Assembly (NCBI GenBank): GCA_016220005.1
Contig: JACRIV010000014.1
Location: forward strand, 695 to 64,694
DNA from: Deltaproteobacteria bacterium
GTDB taxonomy: Bacteria; Desulfobacterota; Deferrimicrobia; Deferrimicrobiales; Deferrimicrobiaceae
DNA length: 64,000 nucleotides
Direction: 5' to 3'
Shown: positions 39,678 to 50,023 of the stretch, piece after piece
How the letters are laid out: each line of letters opens with the position of its first letter
Position numbering within the stretch: the first letter of the stretch is position 1
Notes under the pieces: generated by a model
Told to the model about the DNA's origin: nothing
The model's input: the letters and a program-made list of their open reading frames with translations, nothing else
The model's database searches: none
Translations under genes and position numbers: made by a program

Positions 39678-41585
39678 ATGGCTCTTTCCGCCGCAGAGAC
39701 CTTCGGCAATCTCGCGAAGAACAGCCGCCTGCAGAACGCGCTGATCGCCCTGTTCTTCCTGGGCATCTCGGCCCTGTTTTTCAACAAGATCTTCACCAGC
39801 GACTATGGCATTCACCTGTCCATCGGCAAGCACTTCATCGAAACCGGCAAGGTTCCCGACAAGGAATTCATGAACTACCCGCTTCTGAATCAACCAATGA
39901 ACTACGAGGAACTCGGTTTCCAGGCCATTCTCTACACGGTCTATCGCGTGGTGGGATCGGACGGCGTCTCCGTGTTCGTCTGGCTGATGGCCACGCTCTC
40001 CTTTTTCTTCATCTACAAATCGCTGCGGGCAAGGGACATCAACCCCTATATCGCCCTGTTCACCATGCTGATTTTCGCGATGCCGTTCCGGATTCGCCTG
40101 CAGCCCAGGCCGGAGATCATCGCCTACTTCTTCACCTCGTACCTGATCTACGGATGTTCGCTTTTCTACTACAAGGGAAACCGGAAAATCCTCTACACGT
40201 TCCCGCTGGTTTTCCTGTTGTGGGCCAACATCCACCCCTCGACGCTGGCCGGGATCGGGGCTGTGGGCGCATTCGGGACGCAAAGCCTCGTGGTGATCTA
40301 CCGGGACAAATTCGCCAAGGCTTCCCTGAAAAACAACCTGTTCGTCCCGCTGGGGATTTTCGTTCTCTGCGTTCTCGCCACGTTCCTGAGCAAGCACGGG
40401 GTTGAAAGCGTGTTGACCCCCGTGAGGCTAATGGTCAACCCCAACCAAATGACCGGTATCTCGGAGATGACCTCCGTGAAGAATTCCGGCTTTTACGAAT
40501 TCTATAAATACATTCTCGCGGTAAGCGTGGTGTTCGGAGCGCTTGGCCTCATTGCCTGGAAATTGAAGATCCACGACATCATCATGGCCGTGTACGGCTT
40601 GAAGCTGCCCCTTCAGGTGGCCCGCGGCATGGCGTTCATGTCGGTCTTCGCCATTCCGATGGTCGCGCAGTCCTTCGACGGGTTCCTGCGGCGGATCCGG
40701 ACCTACCTGAGCCGGCGCGAGGAGGCTTCGCTCAAGGCCGGGATGAAGGCGGTGAAGGAGAAGGAGCCTTCCCGGAAGAAACAGGGGAAAAAGGTACATC
40801 CGGCCGCAGAGCAGAAACCGACCCCCGCCTCGCCTGCGCCTCTGCCCGCCCTCCGGTATTTCCGGCTGCCGATCGTCCTTGCCTGGCTGGTCTTCCTCGG
40901 GGCGACGGGCTACGGGGCCTACTACATCCGCGTGGGCACGGCGGACATCGTCGAGAACGGGATCGGCCTGACGGAGCACAAGTTCTCGCTGAAGTCCGGC
41001 GAGTTCCTGAGGAATCTTGACATCAAGGGGAACATGTTCAACTTCTTCGACCTGGGGGGGTTCGTGGAGTGGCAGGTCTACCCCCGGAAATTGACCTTCA
41101 TCGACGGTCGGGCAGGCAACCCCACGTTGTTCATGGAGCACCAGGCGATCACGTCGGGCATGGGGGACATGGAAAGCACGTTCCGGAAGTACAACATCAC
41201 CTATGTCATCACAAAGACGGTCGACTCCGCGGGGATGGTGCTGCCCCTGATCAATTACCTCGCGATGAGCCCGAGCTGGGAGCTCGTGTTCGCCGACGGG
41301 CTTGCGGTCGTTTTCGTGAAAAACATACCGGAGAACCGGGCGATTATCGACAGGTACAAGATCTCCAAGAATGTCCTCGGCGCCCAGATCGTCAGCGAGA
41401 TGTTGCATTCCACCTACCTGGGGATCAACAGGTTCTTCGTTTATTACACGATCGGGAACATCTACATGAACAGCGGCGATTATGGAAACGCCCGGAAGTT
41501 CTTCGAATTGGCGCGTTCCATCCACGACGACCCGAATTTGGCGGCCCTCGTCAGCCGGCTGGACGGCATGCAAAGAATGCGCTGA
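39678..41585 (+). CDS. GT-C fold membrane glycosyltransferase (PMT/ArnT-like) with a C-terminal periplasmic TPR-like domain
   Basis: About 11 N-terminal TM helices, a KQGKK linker, further TM helices and a soluble C-terminus with a TPR-like motif (NIYMNSGDYGNARKFFELA). Lower GC than the cytochrome island. Confidence 0.5.
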   Translation: MALSAAETFGNLAKNSRLQNALIALFFLGISALFFNKIFTSDYGIHLSIGKHFIETGKVPDKEFMNYPLLNQPMNYEELGFQAILYTVYRVVGSDGVSVFVWLMATLSFFFIYKSLRARDINPYIALFTMLIFAMPFRIRLQPRPEIIAYFFTSYLIYGCSLFYYKGNRKILYTFPLVFLLWANIHPSTLAGIGAVGAFGTQSLVVIYRDKFAKASLKNNLFVPLGIFVLCVLATFLSKHGVESVLTPVRLMVNPNQMTGISEMTSVKNSGFYEFYKYILAVSVVFGALGLIAWKLKIHDIIMAVYGLKLPLQVARGMAFMSVFAIPMVAQSFDGFLRRIRTYLSRREEASLKAGMKAVKEKEPSRKKQGKKVHPAAEQKPTPASPAPLPALRYFRLPIVLAWLVFLGATGYGAYYIRVGTADIVENGIGLTEHKFSLKSGEFLRNLDIKGNMFNFFDLGGFVEWQVYPRKLTFIDGRAGNPTLFMEHQAITSGMGDMESTFRKYNITYVITKTVDSAGMVLPLINYLAMSPSWELVFADGLAVVFVKNIPENRAIIDRYKISKNVLGAQIVSEMLHSTYLGINRFFVYYTIGNIYMNSGDYGNARKFFELARSIHDDPNLAALVSRLDGMQRMR

Positions 41586-41588
41586 TCG

Positions 41589-42623
41589 ATGAAGGGGACC
41601 GGCACCCTTTTCCTATCCGTCGTCATCGTCAACTGGAACGGCAGGCATCTGCTCAAAGAATGCCTCGATTCGATCCTCGCCCAGGGGGATGAGGATCTCG
41701 AGGTCATCGTCGTCGACAACGGATCCCGGGACGGCTCGCCCGATTTCCTGAAATCCCACTATGCCCGAAAGATCCTGCTGATCGAGCTCGCGACGAACGA
41801 AGGGTGGTCGGGCGGGAACAACAAGGGGATCGAGAGCTCCCACGGCGAATACGTCCTGCTTCTGAACAACGACGTCTGCCTGGGAAGCGATTTTTTCCGG
41901 CGTCTCCGCGAAGGGATCTCGATGCATCCCGGCGCGGGGATGTACGCCACGAAAATCCTCAATTACCACGATCGTTCGGTCATCGACAACACCGGGCACG
42001 TCATCTTCTGGGACGGCACGGCACGCGGCAGAGGACGGCGGAGAAAAGACGGGCCGGAATTCGGGAAGGAAGAGGAAGTGCTCTGCCCGAGCGGCGCCGC
42101 CGGCGTCTACAAGAGGGAAATCTTCGAAAATGTCGGCCCGATCGACGACGATTACTTTACCTACGGGGAGGACACCGAGCTGGGCCTCAGGGCGAGGCAG
42201 GCCGGCTACCGGTGCTATTACCTCCCCTCCGCGGTCCTCTACCACAAATACTCCGCATCCGGCGGGCCGTTCACCCCCCGGAAAATCTATTACGTGGAAA
42301 GGAACCGGGTTTGGACCGTCATCAAGCTCTTCCCATGGTACCTTGTCGCCGTTTCCCCCGTGATGACGATGGCGAGGTACGTCTTCGGGCTGTACGGGCT
42401 GGTTTCCGGGAAGGGGGCCTTGGGGAAGCTGCGGGAGAGCTATTCTTCGAGGGAAGCCATCGGCTCCCTCGTGCGTGCCTATGCGGACGCATTGAGGAAG
42501 GTCCGCGTGATGTGGAGGAAACGACGGTCGCTGCGGGAGACGTCAAAGCTCAGCGACGGGGATTTCGTGCGGATGCTGTACCGTTTTTCAGCGGGCATAA
42601 GGGAAGTGAGCTACAACGATTAG
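41589..42623 (+). CDS. family 2 glycosyltransferase (rhamnosyltransferase-like)
   Basis: SVVIVNWNG...VIVVDNGSRDGS...NNDV motifs and YGEDTELGLR (DXD/ED region). Confidence 0.8.
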   Translation: MKGTGTLFLSVVIVNWNGRHLLKECLDSILAQGDEDLEVIVVDNGSRDGSPDFLKSHYARKILLIELATNEGWSGGNNKGIESSHGEYVLLLNNDVCLGSDFFRRLREGISMHPGAGMYATKILNYHDRSVIDNTGHVIFWDGTARGRGRRRKDGPEFGKEEEVLCPSGAAGVYKREIFENVGPIDDDYFTYGEDTELGLRARQAGYRCYYLPSAVLYHKYSASGGPFTPRKIYYVERNRVWTVIKLFPWYLVAVSPVMTMARYVFGLYGLVSGKGALGKLRESYSSREAIGSLVRAYADALRKVRVMWRKRRSLRETSKLSDGDFVRMLYRFSAGIREVSYND

Positions 42624-42655
42624 GACCCGAGGGATCGGGGACGGGTAACCGCGGA

Positions 42656-43570
42656 ATGCCAGGAAACGGCGGAAGACGCGTCATCGGGCCGGCGAAGGAA
42701 AATATTTGCGCGGTCGTCGTCACCTTCAACCCCGACCCCGGTTTTCCGGAGCGCATGGCAGGGATTGCAGGACAGGTGAGCAGGATCGTGGTCGTGGACA
42801 ATTGCTCGGCCCCGCGGGCCAGGGACATGCTGAATGCCACCTGTGTTCGGCCCGATGTCGACCTGATCCTCAATGACGAAAATCTCGGCGTGGCGGCAGC
42901 CTTGAACCAGGGTGTGCGCCGCGCCGGGGAAAGGTCCCTCCGATGGGTCCTCGCCCTGGACCAGGATTCCACGGCGGAGGGATTCCTCGTGGAGACGCTC
43001 ATCGATGCTTTCAACCACTATCCGGGGAAAGAGAGGATCGCCGTCATCGGGTCGAACTACTTCGATGAAAAGAGGGGGAAGCGATTCATCAAGAACGATC
43101 GTGCCGATCCTCCTTGGATCGAGCAGACGACGGCCATCACATCCGGGAGCCTGCTCTCGATCTCGGCGTTCGAACGCTTCGGTCCTTTCCGTGAGGATTT
43201 CTTCATCGACCACGTCGACGACGAATACTGTCTGAGGGCGCTTTCGAAAGGGTTCAAGGTGATCCTGTGCCGCCGGCCCGTGATCCGGCATCCCATCGGG
43301 GCGGCGATGGCAATACCCCTGTTCGGGAAGCCGGTCTGGACTTCCGGCCATTCCGGGATCCGGCGTTATTACATGATCCGGAATTTCGTCGTTTTGGCCC
43401 GGGAATACCTCTTCACACGGCCGGGATGGATCCTTTCGCGTGCTTACCGGCACGCCGCCTTTGCGGTTTTGGCGCTGCTGTTGGAACCCAGCAGGGGGGA
43501 AAAGCTGCGGATGATGGTGAGGGGGATGCGTGACGGGCTTGCCGGGAGGATGGGCAGGCTCCCCGCCTGA
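42656..43570 (+). CDS. family 2 glycosyltransferase
   Basis: ICAVVVTFNPD...VVVDNCS...ALDQD and DHVDDEYCLRA motifs. ATG at 42656. Confidence 0.75.
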   Translation: MPGNGGRRVIGPAKENICAVVVTFNPDPGFPERMAGIAGQVSRIVVVDNCSAPRARDMLNATCVRPDVDLILNDENLGVAAALNQGVRRAGERSLRWVLALDQDSTAEGFLVETLIDAFNHYPGKERIAVIGSNYFDEKRGKRFIKNDRADPPWIEQTTAITSGSLLSISAFERFGPFREDFFIDHVDDEYCLRALSKGFKVILCRRPVIRHPIGAAMAIPLFGKPVWTSGHSGIRRYYMIRNFVVLAREYLFTRPGWILSRAYRHAAFAVLALLLEPSRGEKLRMMVRGMRDGLAGRMGRLPA

Positions 43571-43581
43571 GACCTACAGGT

Positions 43582-44457
43582 TCAGACGTGGTGGCGCCGC
43601 GCGGTCACCTTGGCCTGAAGCGTCGAGAAGGCAAACCGTGCGAGGTGGCTTCTCCGGAGGAGCTCCATGCCGCCTCGGCGTATGACCTTGAGCAGGGATT
43701 TGCGCACAGCCGACATCCGGACGTAATCCTTGTCGATGTATTCGTTGAAGATCCTCCAGCCGTCGCCGAAAAACGCAGGGTCTTTAATGTACTCCCAGGT
43801 CAACTGGCCCTCGTGCCGCCGGAACTTCGAAAGCGGCTCGGGGAGGAAGACGAAATCCCCCTGTTCCAGGAGATGGAACCACATCTCCAGGTCGATGAGC
43901 TGCTTGTACGTCGTTGTGAAGCCCCGCTCCGCGTGGATTTTCCGGAACAGCACGGAAGTCGGCTCGCCGATGAGGTTTCCCTTCAAAAGACATCTCTTGA
44001 TCACGTTGAATCCGTTGTCTTCGACGAAGCGGTCGGAATAGGAGAGCACCTTCAGGGGGCGAAGGCTGTCGTTCACCAACATCCTTGCCGAGCCCGCGAG
44101 GCTTGCGCGGGGATGGGATTCCATCGCCGACACGAGCTTCTCGAGGCACGCCGGCTCAAGGAGGTCGTCGGCGCAAAGGATCTTGATGTAGTCCCCGGCG
44201 GCGTATTTCAAGCACAGGTTGAAGTTGCCGGTCTGGCCGACGTTCCTTTCGTTCCGGTAGTACCTGATCTTTGCGCCGGAGTCGATGTACTTCCGAACGA
44301 TATCGGGCGTCTTGTCGGTGGAGCAGTTGTCCACGACGACCAGTTCGTAGTCGGGGAAGGTCTGCGCAAGCACCGAACCGACGGCGTCCGGCAGGTAGTG
44401 CGCGTAGTTGTAAGTCGGTATGCAGACGCTGACTTTGGGGGGATTGTGATCGACCAT
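43582..44457 (-). CDS. family 2 glycosyltransferase
   Basis: VSVCIPTYNYAHYL...VVVDNCSTDKT...CADD motifs. Start chosen at the internal ATG (MVDHNPPKVS). Confidence 0.75.
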   Translation of the reverse strand: MVDHNPPKVSVCIPTYNYAHYLPDAVGSVLAQTFPDYELVVVDNCSTDKTPDIVRKYIDSGAKIRYYRNERNVGQTGNFNLCLKYAAGDYIKILCADDLLEPACLEKLVSAMESHPRASLAGSARMLVNDSLRPLKVLSYSDRFVEDNGFNVIKRCLLKGNLIGEPTSVLFRKIHAERGFTTTYKQLIDLEMWFHLLEQGDFVFLPEPLSKFRRHEGQLTWEYIKDPAFFGDGWRIFNEYIDKDYVRMSAVRKSLLKVIRRGGMELLRRSHLARFAFSTLQAKVTARRHHV

Positions 44458-44546
44458 GTCGGGTGTCCCGCGGGTGACTCCTATGCTAACATCTTGAAAT
44501 AAGGTGTGGCAATCGCTTTGAATTTGCTGGGTTTCCGGGGAGGCGG

Positions 44547-45572
44547 ATGCGGCAGGAGACGGATGGCCGATTGGGGGTGAACGGGCAACGCGTCTCCGTC
44601 GCCATGTGCACTTACAACGGTGGCGCTTTTTTGCGTGAGCAACTCGACAGTATTGCTTCGCAGACACGGCTCCCGGACGAGACGGTGGTATTCGACGACA
44701 GGTCTTCGGACGCGGACGCTACCGTGGAGATACTGAAAGATTTTGCCGCCAAGGCTCCTTTCCCCGTCCGGGTCACGGTAAACACGCAGAACATCGGCTC
44801 CACGAAAAATTTCGAGCAGGCGATACGAGCCTGTACCGGCGGCATCATCGTTCTTTCCGACCAGGACGATGTCTGGCTTCCGGACAAGCTGGCGCGTATC
44901 GAAGCGGTTTTCTCTTCCTCTCCAAGGATTGGCGTAGTGTTCACCGATGGGGAGGTCGTGGATGATGCCCTTCGCCCTTTGGGCTACCGACTCTGGCAGG
45001 CCTTCGGGTTCACGCGAAAGATGCAGCGGCGGCTGTCGACGGGGGAGGCCACGGAGGTGCTGCTCAAGTATAACGTGGTCACCGGTGCGACGATGGCGTT
45101 CCGGTCCGAATATGTCCCCCTCGTGGTTCCCTTTCCGGAAAGCTGCGTGCACGACTGGTGGATCGCACTCCTGGTTTCCTTCATCGCCGACCTTGCGATG
45201 ATCCCGGAACCTCTCATCAAATACCGCCAGCACTCCGCGAACCAGATCGGGGGAATAAAGCTCGACTGGTCAGGGAAAGTCGGAAGGGCGCGCGGCGTCG
45301 GAGAGGATGTCCTCCGGGAAGTTGCCGACGGATACCGGGCGGCCTACGACAGGCTTTGCTCTCGTGCGTCATCCCTTAAGAGGGAAGAATTGCTGTCCCG
45401 GCTTGCCGAGAAGGTCCGTCACTTCGAGGCCCGCAGCGGACTGCCGGACACGGTATTCGGGCGGTTGCCGGTGACCATCAAGGAATTGGTTTCGCTTCGG
45501 TACCACAGGTATTCTCTGGGCACGAAGAGCTTTTTCAAGGACTTGTTTCTGCACCCGGCCGGCCCGCGATAG
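44547..45572 (+). CDS. family 2 glycosyltransferase (WbbL-type rhamnosyltransferase-like)
   Basis: VSVAMCTYNGGAFL...VVFDDRSSD...SDQDD motifs. RBS GGGGAGG. Confidence 0.75.
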   Translation: MRQETDGRLGVNGQRVSVAMCTYNGGAFLREQLDSIASQTRLPDETVVFDDRSSDADATVEILKDFAAKAPFPVRVTVNTQNIGSTKNFEQAIRACTGGIIVLSDQDDVWLPDKLARIEAVFSSSPRIGVVFTDGEVVDDALRPLGYRLWQAFGFTRKMQRRLSTGEATEVLLKYNVVTGATMAFRSEYVPLVVPFPESCVHDWWIALLVSFIADLAMIPEPLIKYRQHSANQIGGIKLDWSGKVGRARGVGEDVLREVADGYRAAYDRLCSRASSLKREELLSRLAEKVRHFEARSGLPDTVFGRLPVTIKELVSLRYHRYSLGTKSFFKDLFLHPAGPR

Positions 45573-45725
45573 GTTCACATATGGTAAAAATAGTTTTTAA
45601 ATCATGAAGTCGCAAATGGCACATCCCCCTCGAATCCACATCGCAAATGATATCCTCAAAATGAAAGCGTTATCGGGTTTACGTGTTGTTTTCTCTTTAT
45701 GTCGTAGTTCCTTGAGTAGCTTGGG

Positions 45726-46739
45726 TCAATGCTTTTTAAAAACAGATGTGTATGTTCCTCCCCATCCTTCAAGCCGCTGTAAATTTTTAATCACCAAGTG
45801 AAAAACGGGCATATCGATAATCCTTAACGCCATTCTTGACAAACGGGAAATTTGATTTTTTATTTTATAACTCGCAGCAGTGCGGTGTTTATCCGACGCA
45901 CTATCATGAAAGTCCTCTTCAAGGGATTCCTTCTTTATGAGTGAATACAAATATCTGATTGCATGACTGACGGATAAATCCCACCAATTGTATCTGCTGA
46001 AATTAACGCTTCCTTCGTCCCTTGTTGTTACAAGGGCAGTTTCCAATCCTTGAGATTCGGCGACTTTTGTAAGCACCGCCGGGGGAATAAGTGTTAAATG
46101 GCGGGGAGCGTCCAAATGAGCCCAGAAACGATGAAAAATCTTGAATTGAAGAGATTTTGGATTAGGAGTGGCGATAATAAGTATTCCATCTGGATTCAGT
46201 TTTTCGGATGCGGCCTTAATCACAGCCAAGGGATCGGGTAGGTGCTCTATGACGTGCCAGAGAGCGATCACATCGTATAGGGTTGCCTCGTTTAGTCTTG
46301 AACAGATATCCGTGCTATTTATGACACTTACACCAACCACATCGGACAGAAATTTACAGCAACGTTCATCCATTTCCATCGTATCGACATGAAACCCAGC
46401 CCTTTTCGCGAGAAATGCGAATACTCCGTAGGCCGGCCCGATTTCCAGAAGTTTACCATGGGAGGTGTACGTTAATAGGAGATCAAGCTTATATTTTTCC
46501 TGTTCGGCCTTCTGCGCCAATCCATTTATAGTGGGCAAATCATACGCCGGATAATAATCCGGATAAAAACGACTCATATTTTCCGGGATTGGATGGAGGA
46601 AAATCACTCCGCAACTTTTGCAGATGTAATATTTAAACGATTCATGAGAAAGTCTCAGGTTGAAATCGAACGTATCGAAGTAGTGTGTTCCTTCTTTGTT
46701 GCAAAACGGGCAAGGTCTCCGCATATTAAAAACTCTCAT
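45726..46739 (-). CDS. class I SAM-dependent methyltransferase with an N-terminal zinc ribbon (sugar C-/O-methyltransferase-like)
   Basis: CPFCN...CKSCG zinc ribbon. The SAM motif LLEIGPAYGVFAFLAKRAG and ALWHVIEHLPDP. Sits in AT-rich DNA. Confidence 0.65.
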   Translation of the reverse strand: MRVFNMRRPCPFCNKEGTHYFDTFDFNLRLSHESFKYYICKSCGVIFLHPIPENMSRFYPDYYPAYDLPTINGLAQKAEQEKYKLDLLLTYTSHGKLLEIGPAYGVFAFLAKRAGFHVDTMEMDERCCKFLSDVVGVSVINSTDICSRLNEATLYDVIALWHVIEHLPDPLAVIKAASEKLNPDGILIIATPNPKSLQFKIFHRFWAHLDAPRHLTLIPPAVLTKVAESQGLETALVTTRDEGSVNFSRYNWWDLSVSHAIRYLYSLIKKESLEEDFHDSASDKHRTAASYKIKNQISRLSRMALRIIDMPVFHLVIKNLQRLEGWGGTYTSVFKKH

Positions 46740-46747
46740 TGCTGTTG

Positions 46748-47626
46748 TTATCCTTTTATCGCAGACACGCCCCAAGCCGATGCCGACAAGGCCTGTTTCA
46801 TATTTACATTGCCGTTTGAATATCGTCGCGTCTGATTATCGGCGATCAATAAATTTCCTTGATCTCCCTGCCAGAACGTATTGCTTTTATCCCAATCCTC
46901 TTTTTCGTAGCACGTTCCATCCCTACCGACCACCAGCACTTTTAGATTCCTTCTCAATACCTGTTTCGTCAAACTGTTTTTGCCGCTTTCAAATCTGTGG
47001 ACATCATTTTTTGTGCATATTTTGCTTAGTTTTATGCTCATCATAAGATCTCGCGAGATGACAAATCCATTGGTGCGTATGTGGTAATTCGGGAAGGGGT
47101 CGTATTGTGTTCCATATTTCTTTTCAAGAAATCGCCTGATTATATTCGCATGTAAATTTCTGATGGCAATAGGGACGTGAATTACCCTGCCTGCAATGGG
47201 TATGTTTTCTCGAATGGCAGGCATGCCTAACACATTTGTGTAGTGACTTTCCCACGATCCGGTTGCTCCGGCAACACCGACGAAACTTTGTTGTATGACC
47301 TTATACAACTTTAAGAGCCAATCTTTATCTAATATTATGCTGAATGAGTTTAAAAAGCAAAAATATCGATAGTTATATTTATTCGCAACCTTAAAATATG
47401 GAACCAGATCAAATCCAATGTCTGAGACAACATATTTTTTATGAGGGATATTCCTTAATAATTTGGAATAATCAGAAATACTTTTTTTTGAGTGGAATCC
47501 TTTGAATATGAATAAGAGGTCGTGTTCGACTCCCCCTTTGTATTTTAAGTAAGAATCTATAAACCTCTCGAAGGGAGTTAATCCGTTTTTAGCGCGGACC
47601 AAATGGGAAACGCAGATTTCCGCCAT
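46748..47626 (-). CDS. hypothetical protein (no recognisable family), in the AT-rich glycan island
   Basis: 292-aa ORF in roughly 25-30% GC DNA. Intact ATG. Its context between the methyltransferase and Wzx suggests a glycan-modifying enzyme. Confidence 0.4.
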   Translation of the reverse strand: MAEICVSHLVRAKNGLTPFERFIDSYLKYKGGVEHDLLFIFKGFHSKKSISDYSKLLRNIPHKKYVVSDIGFDLVPYFKVANKYNYRYFCFLNSFSIILDKDWLLKLYKVIQQSFVGVAGATGSWESHYTNVLGMPAIRENIPIAGRVIHVPIAIRNLHANIIRRFLEKKYGTQYDPFPNYHIRTNGFVISRDLMMSIKLSKICTKNDVHRFESGKNSLTKQVLRRNLKVLVVGRDGTCYEKEDWDKSNTFWQGDQGNLLIADNQTRRYSNGNVNMKQALSASAWGVSAIKG

Positions 47627-47657
47627 TCTATAGCAATCCTGAAGACTATATTTACAA

Positions 47658-49175
47658 TTATATTACAGTTAGATATCTGCTAAATTCCTGCTTCAGCCAT
47701 TCGCGTGTATGCGAAAACAGGAGAAAAGAGAATAACAGGGAAAGAGTAAATGTCGAAAACACCCAGAGAGTTGAGGAGGATAGGGAAGCATTGCTTGGGA
47801 AAAGCAATCTGGAGAACAGGACAATCACGAATACGGCGATGAGGGGAGAGCCCACATCGGAAAGATACCATTGCCACATCTGGTCCTTGAAGATCCGTGA
47901 GTGCATGAAAGGGATCTCGATCAGAAAATATCCTGCGTTGAGGAGAATCCATATAATCGCTGCGCCGACCGAGCCGTACGTCGTGACCAAGACGATAAGG
48001 AGCGGCACCAATATGATCACGGCGATCAAGTTCTTGTAAAAAGACAATTTTGTCCAGCCGTATGACAGTTGAAGCGTATAGGGGAGGATCATAATAGAGT
48101 TCAACAAGGTTCCGGTAAGAAGAAGGCTCATCAGCAGATGTGTGTTCCGGACCGTCCCTGGATCGTTGATCCACAATAAAAGGATTTCGCGGGAGTAGAA
48201 TATTGCGGTGATAGCCACCGGAAAGACAACAACCGAGAGAAACTGGCATCCCCTGTGATAAAGCGCGGAAAGTTCCAGTTCCTTCCCCTCCGCCACTAGT
48301 TGCGAGAACTTGGGGAACAATGCCGCGAAAACAGGGTGAACCAGGAGATTCAATGCGTTTGCGACGTTGAAGGCCAGGATGTAATACCCGAACATCTCGA
48401 GACTCAGGAGCTTGCTGAGGACGATTTTGTCCAGCTGGGTGAGGATCGTCGCGACAACCGAAATCCCCGTCATGCCGGCGGCAAATTTCCAATGTTTTTC
48501 CAGAAGGGATTTATTGAAAGAGCTTTTCACACCTGTTTCGGGGAGAGAGGACCATAAGCATGCGCCGAGGAGACATGTCTGAGAAACGCTTACGAGAATT
48601 TGCCACTTGAAGTAGGCTTCGATGGTCGGGGAAATGAGCCACAGGACCAACACCGCCCCGACGGCTTGGACGGTCGCCATTCCGGTCCGGACGACATTAA
48701 ACAGCACTTGACGTTGCAATCCCATAAGGCCGCCCGTGTAAAAAGCGGCCGGCCACTCGAATGCAACCACGATCCCCATGACCTCCAGGGCCTTCTCCAC
48801 GGTGCCTACGCTTATGCCTTTGGTATTCAACCATTTTTGCGCGATTTTGGGTGCGCAGGCGAGGATGCCGATTGCAATGAGGATGCCGATTCCCCAATAG
48901 ATGATCTCCATGGTTCGGACGAGTTCCCGCGATTCCTGTTCATTGCCCGGAACCGCGGAGAGGCGCGCCAACTCCCTGCTGACAGTTGAGCTCAGTCCCA
49001 GGTCCAGGATGGAAAGCAGGCCGATCAGGGAGATATAAACTCCAATAAGCCCATACGATTCAATACCGAGAAACTTGATGTAAAGGGGGACGAAGACAAT
49101 GCTGATGATTGCGGTCCATCCCTTGCCCGCGAAGTTGGCGATGATGTTCCGCCGGATGCTGGGAGGGGAGGTCAT
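47658..49175 (-). CDS. wzx: Wzx-type oligosaccharide flippase (MOP superfamily)
   Basis: 505 aa with about 14 TM helices and the typical polysaccharide-biosynthesis-protein topology. Its start overlaps the stop of the reductase gene (ATGA). Confidence 0.7.
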   Translation of the reverse strand: MTSPPSIRRNIIANFAGKGWTAIISIVFVPLYIKFLGIESYGLIGVYISLIGLLSILDLGLSSTVSRELARLSAVPGNEQESRELVRTMEIIYWGIGILIAIGILACAPKIAQKWLNTKGISVGTVEKALEVMGIVVAFEWPAAFYTGGLMGLQRQVLFNVVRTGMATVQAVGAVLVLWLISPTIEAYFKWQILVSVSQTCLLGACLWSSLPETGVKSSFNKSLLEKHWKFAAGMTGISVVATILTQLDKIVLSKLLSLEMFGYYILAFNVANALNLLVHPVFAALFPKFSQLVAEGKELELSALYHRGCQFLSVVVFPVAITAIFYSREILLLWINDPGTVRNTHLLMSLLLTGTLLNSIMILPYTLQLSYGWTKLSFYKNLIAVIILVPLLIVLVTTYGSVGAAIIWILLNAGYFLIEIPFMHSRIFKDQMWQWYLSDVGSPLIAVFVIVLFSRLLFPSNASLSSSTLWVFSTFTLSLLFSFLLFSHTREWLKQEFSRYLTVI

Positions 49176-50023
49176 GCCTTGAGGTATCTCGCAAGGGCGT
49201 CCCGCCAGTGCGGCAGCCTGATTCCCAAAAAGGCGGCCTTCCCGTTGGCAAGTACTGAATAGAGCGGGCGACGCATGGTTCCCGATAATCCCTTCCTGTC
49301 AACAGGCGTCACTTTCACGTCAAGTCCCAGAACCTCGTAAATTGCTTTCGTGAACTCGTACCAGGTGCATTCGCCCTCGTTGACGAGGTGGAAGAGGCCG
49401 GGCGCGGCTCTGCGGTGTTCGATCAGCGCCAGGACGGCCTTCGAAAGATCGTCGGTCGATGTCGGGCAGACGACCTGGTCGCAGCTCATTTCGAGTTCGC
49501 GCATCTTGGCGGCGTCGGCGATCCGATTGTCGACGAAGTTCCCGCCCTTGGAAACCGCGCCGGAACGGCCGTAGAGCCCGCAAGTCCGGATGACGATGGC
49601 GGAGTCCGGGGCGGTTGATAGGGCGGCATGTTCGCCGGCCAGCCTGGAAATGCCGTACATCTGCAAGGGGGCCGGCCGGTCGTCTTCCAGGTAAGGCGTG
49701 CGCTTGTCGCCTCCGAAGACGTAGTCGGAGCTGAAGGTGACGAGGCGGCAACCGGCGTCGCGGCAGATCGCTGCGAGGTCGCGGACGGCGACGCAGTTGA
49801 CCCGGAACGCCGTAAGGGGCTCGACTTCGCACTGGGGGACATTGTGGAATGCCGCCGTGTTGATGACGACGTCCGGCCGGTGATCGCCGATGACGGACTC
49901 GATAGCCCCCCGGGAGGTCACGTCGAGCACTTCTCGCCCCGGAGCGAAGATATCGTGTCCCCCGGCGTTCCGGAGGATGTCGCCGCCCAGCTGGCCCGTC
50001 TTGCCGATGAGGAGAATTTTCAT
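49172..50023 (-). CDS. NDP-4-dehydro-6-deoxyhexose 4-reductase, RmlD (dTDP-4-dehydrorhamnose reductase) family
   Basis: 283 aa. [13 protein letters not shown] Rossmann motif and the YxxxK catalytic motif MYGISRLAGE. The ORF-track start at 50425 is an extension. Confidence 0.8.
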   Translation of the reverse strand: MKILLIGKTGQLGGDILRNAGGHDIFAPGREVLDVTSRGAIESVIGDHRPDVVINTAAFHNVPQCEVEPLTAFRVNCVAVRDLAAICRDAGCRLVTFSSDYVFGGDKRTPYLEDDRPAPLQMYGISRLAGEHAALSTAPDSAIVIRTCGLYGRSGAVSKGGNFVDNRIADAAKMRELEMSCDQVVCPTSTDDLSKAVLALIEHRRAAPGLFHLVNEGECTWYEFTKAIYEVLGLDVKVTPVDRKGLSGTMRRPLYSVLANGKAAFLGIRLPHWRDALARYLKA

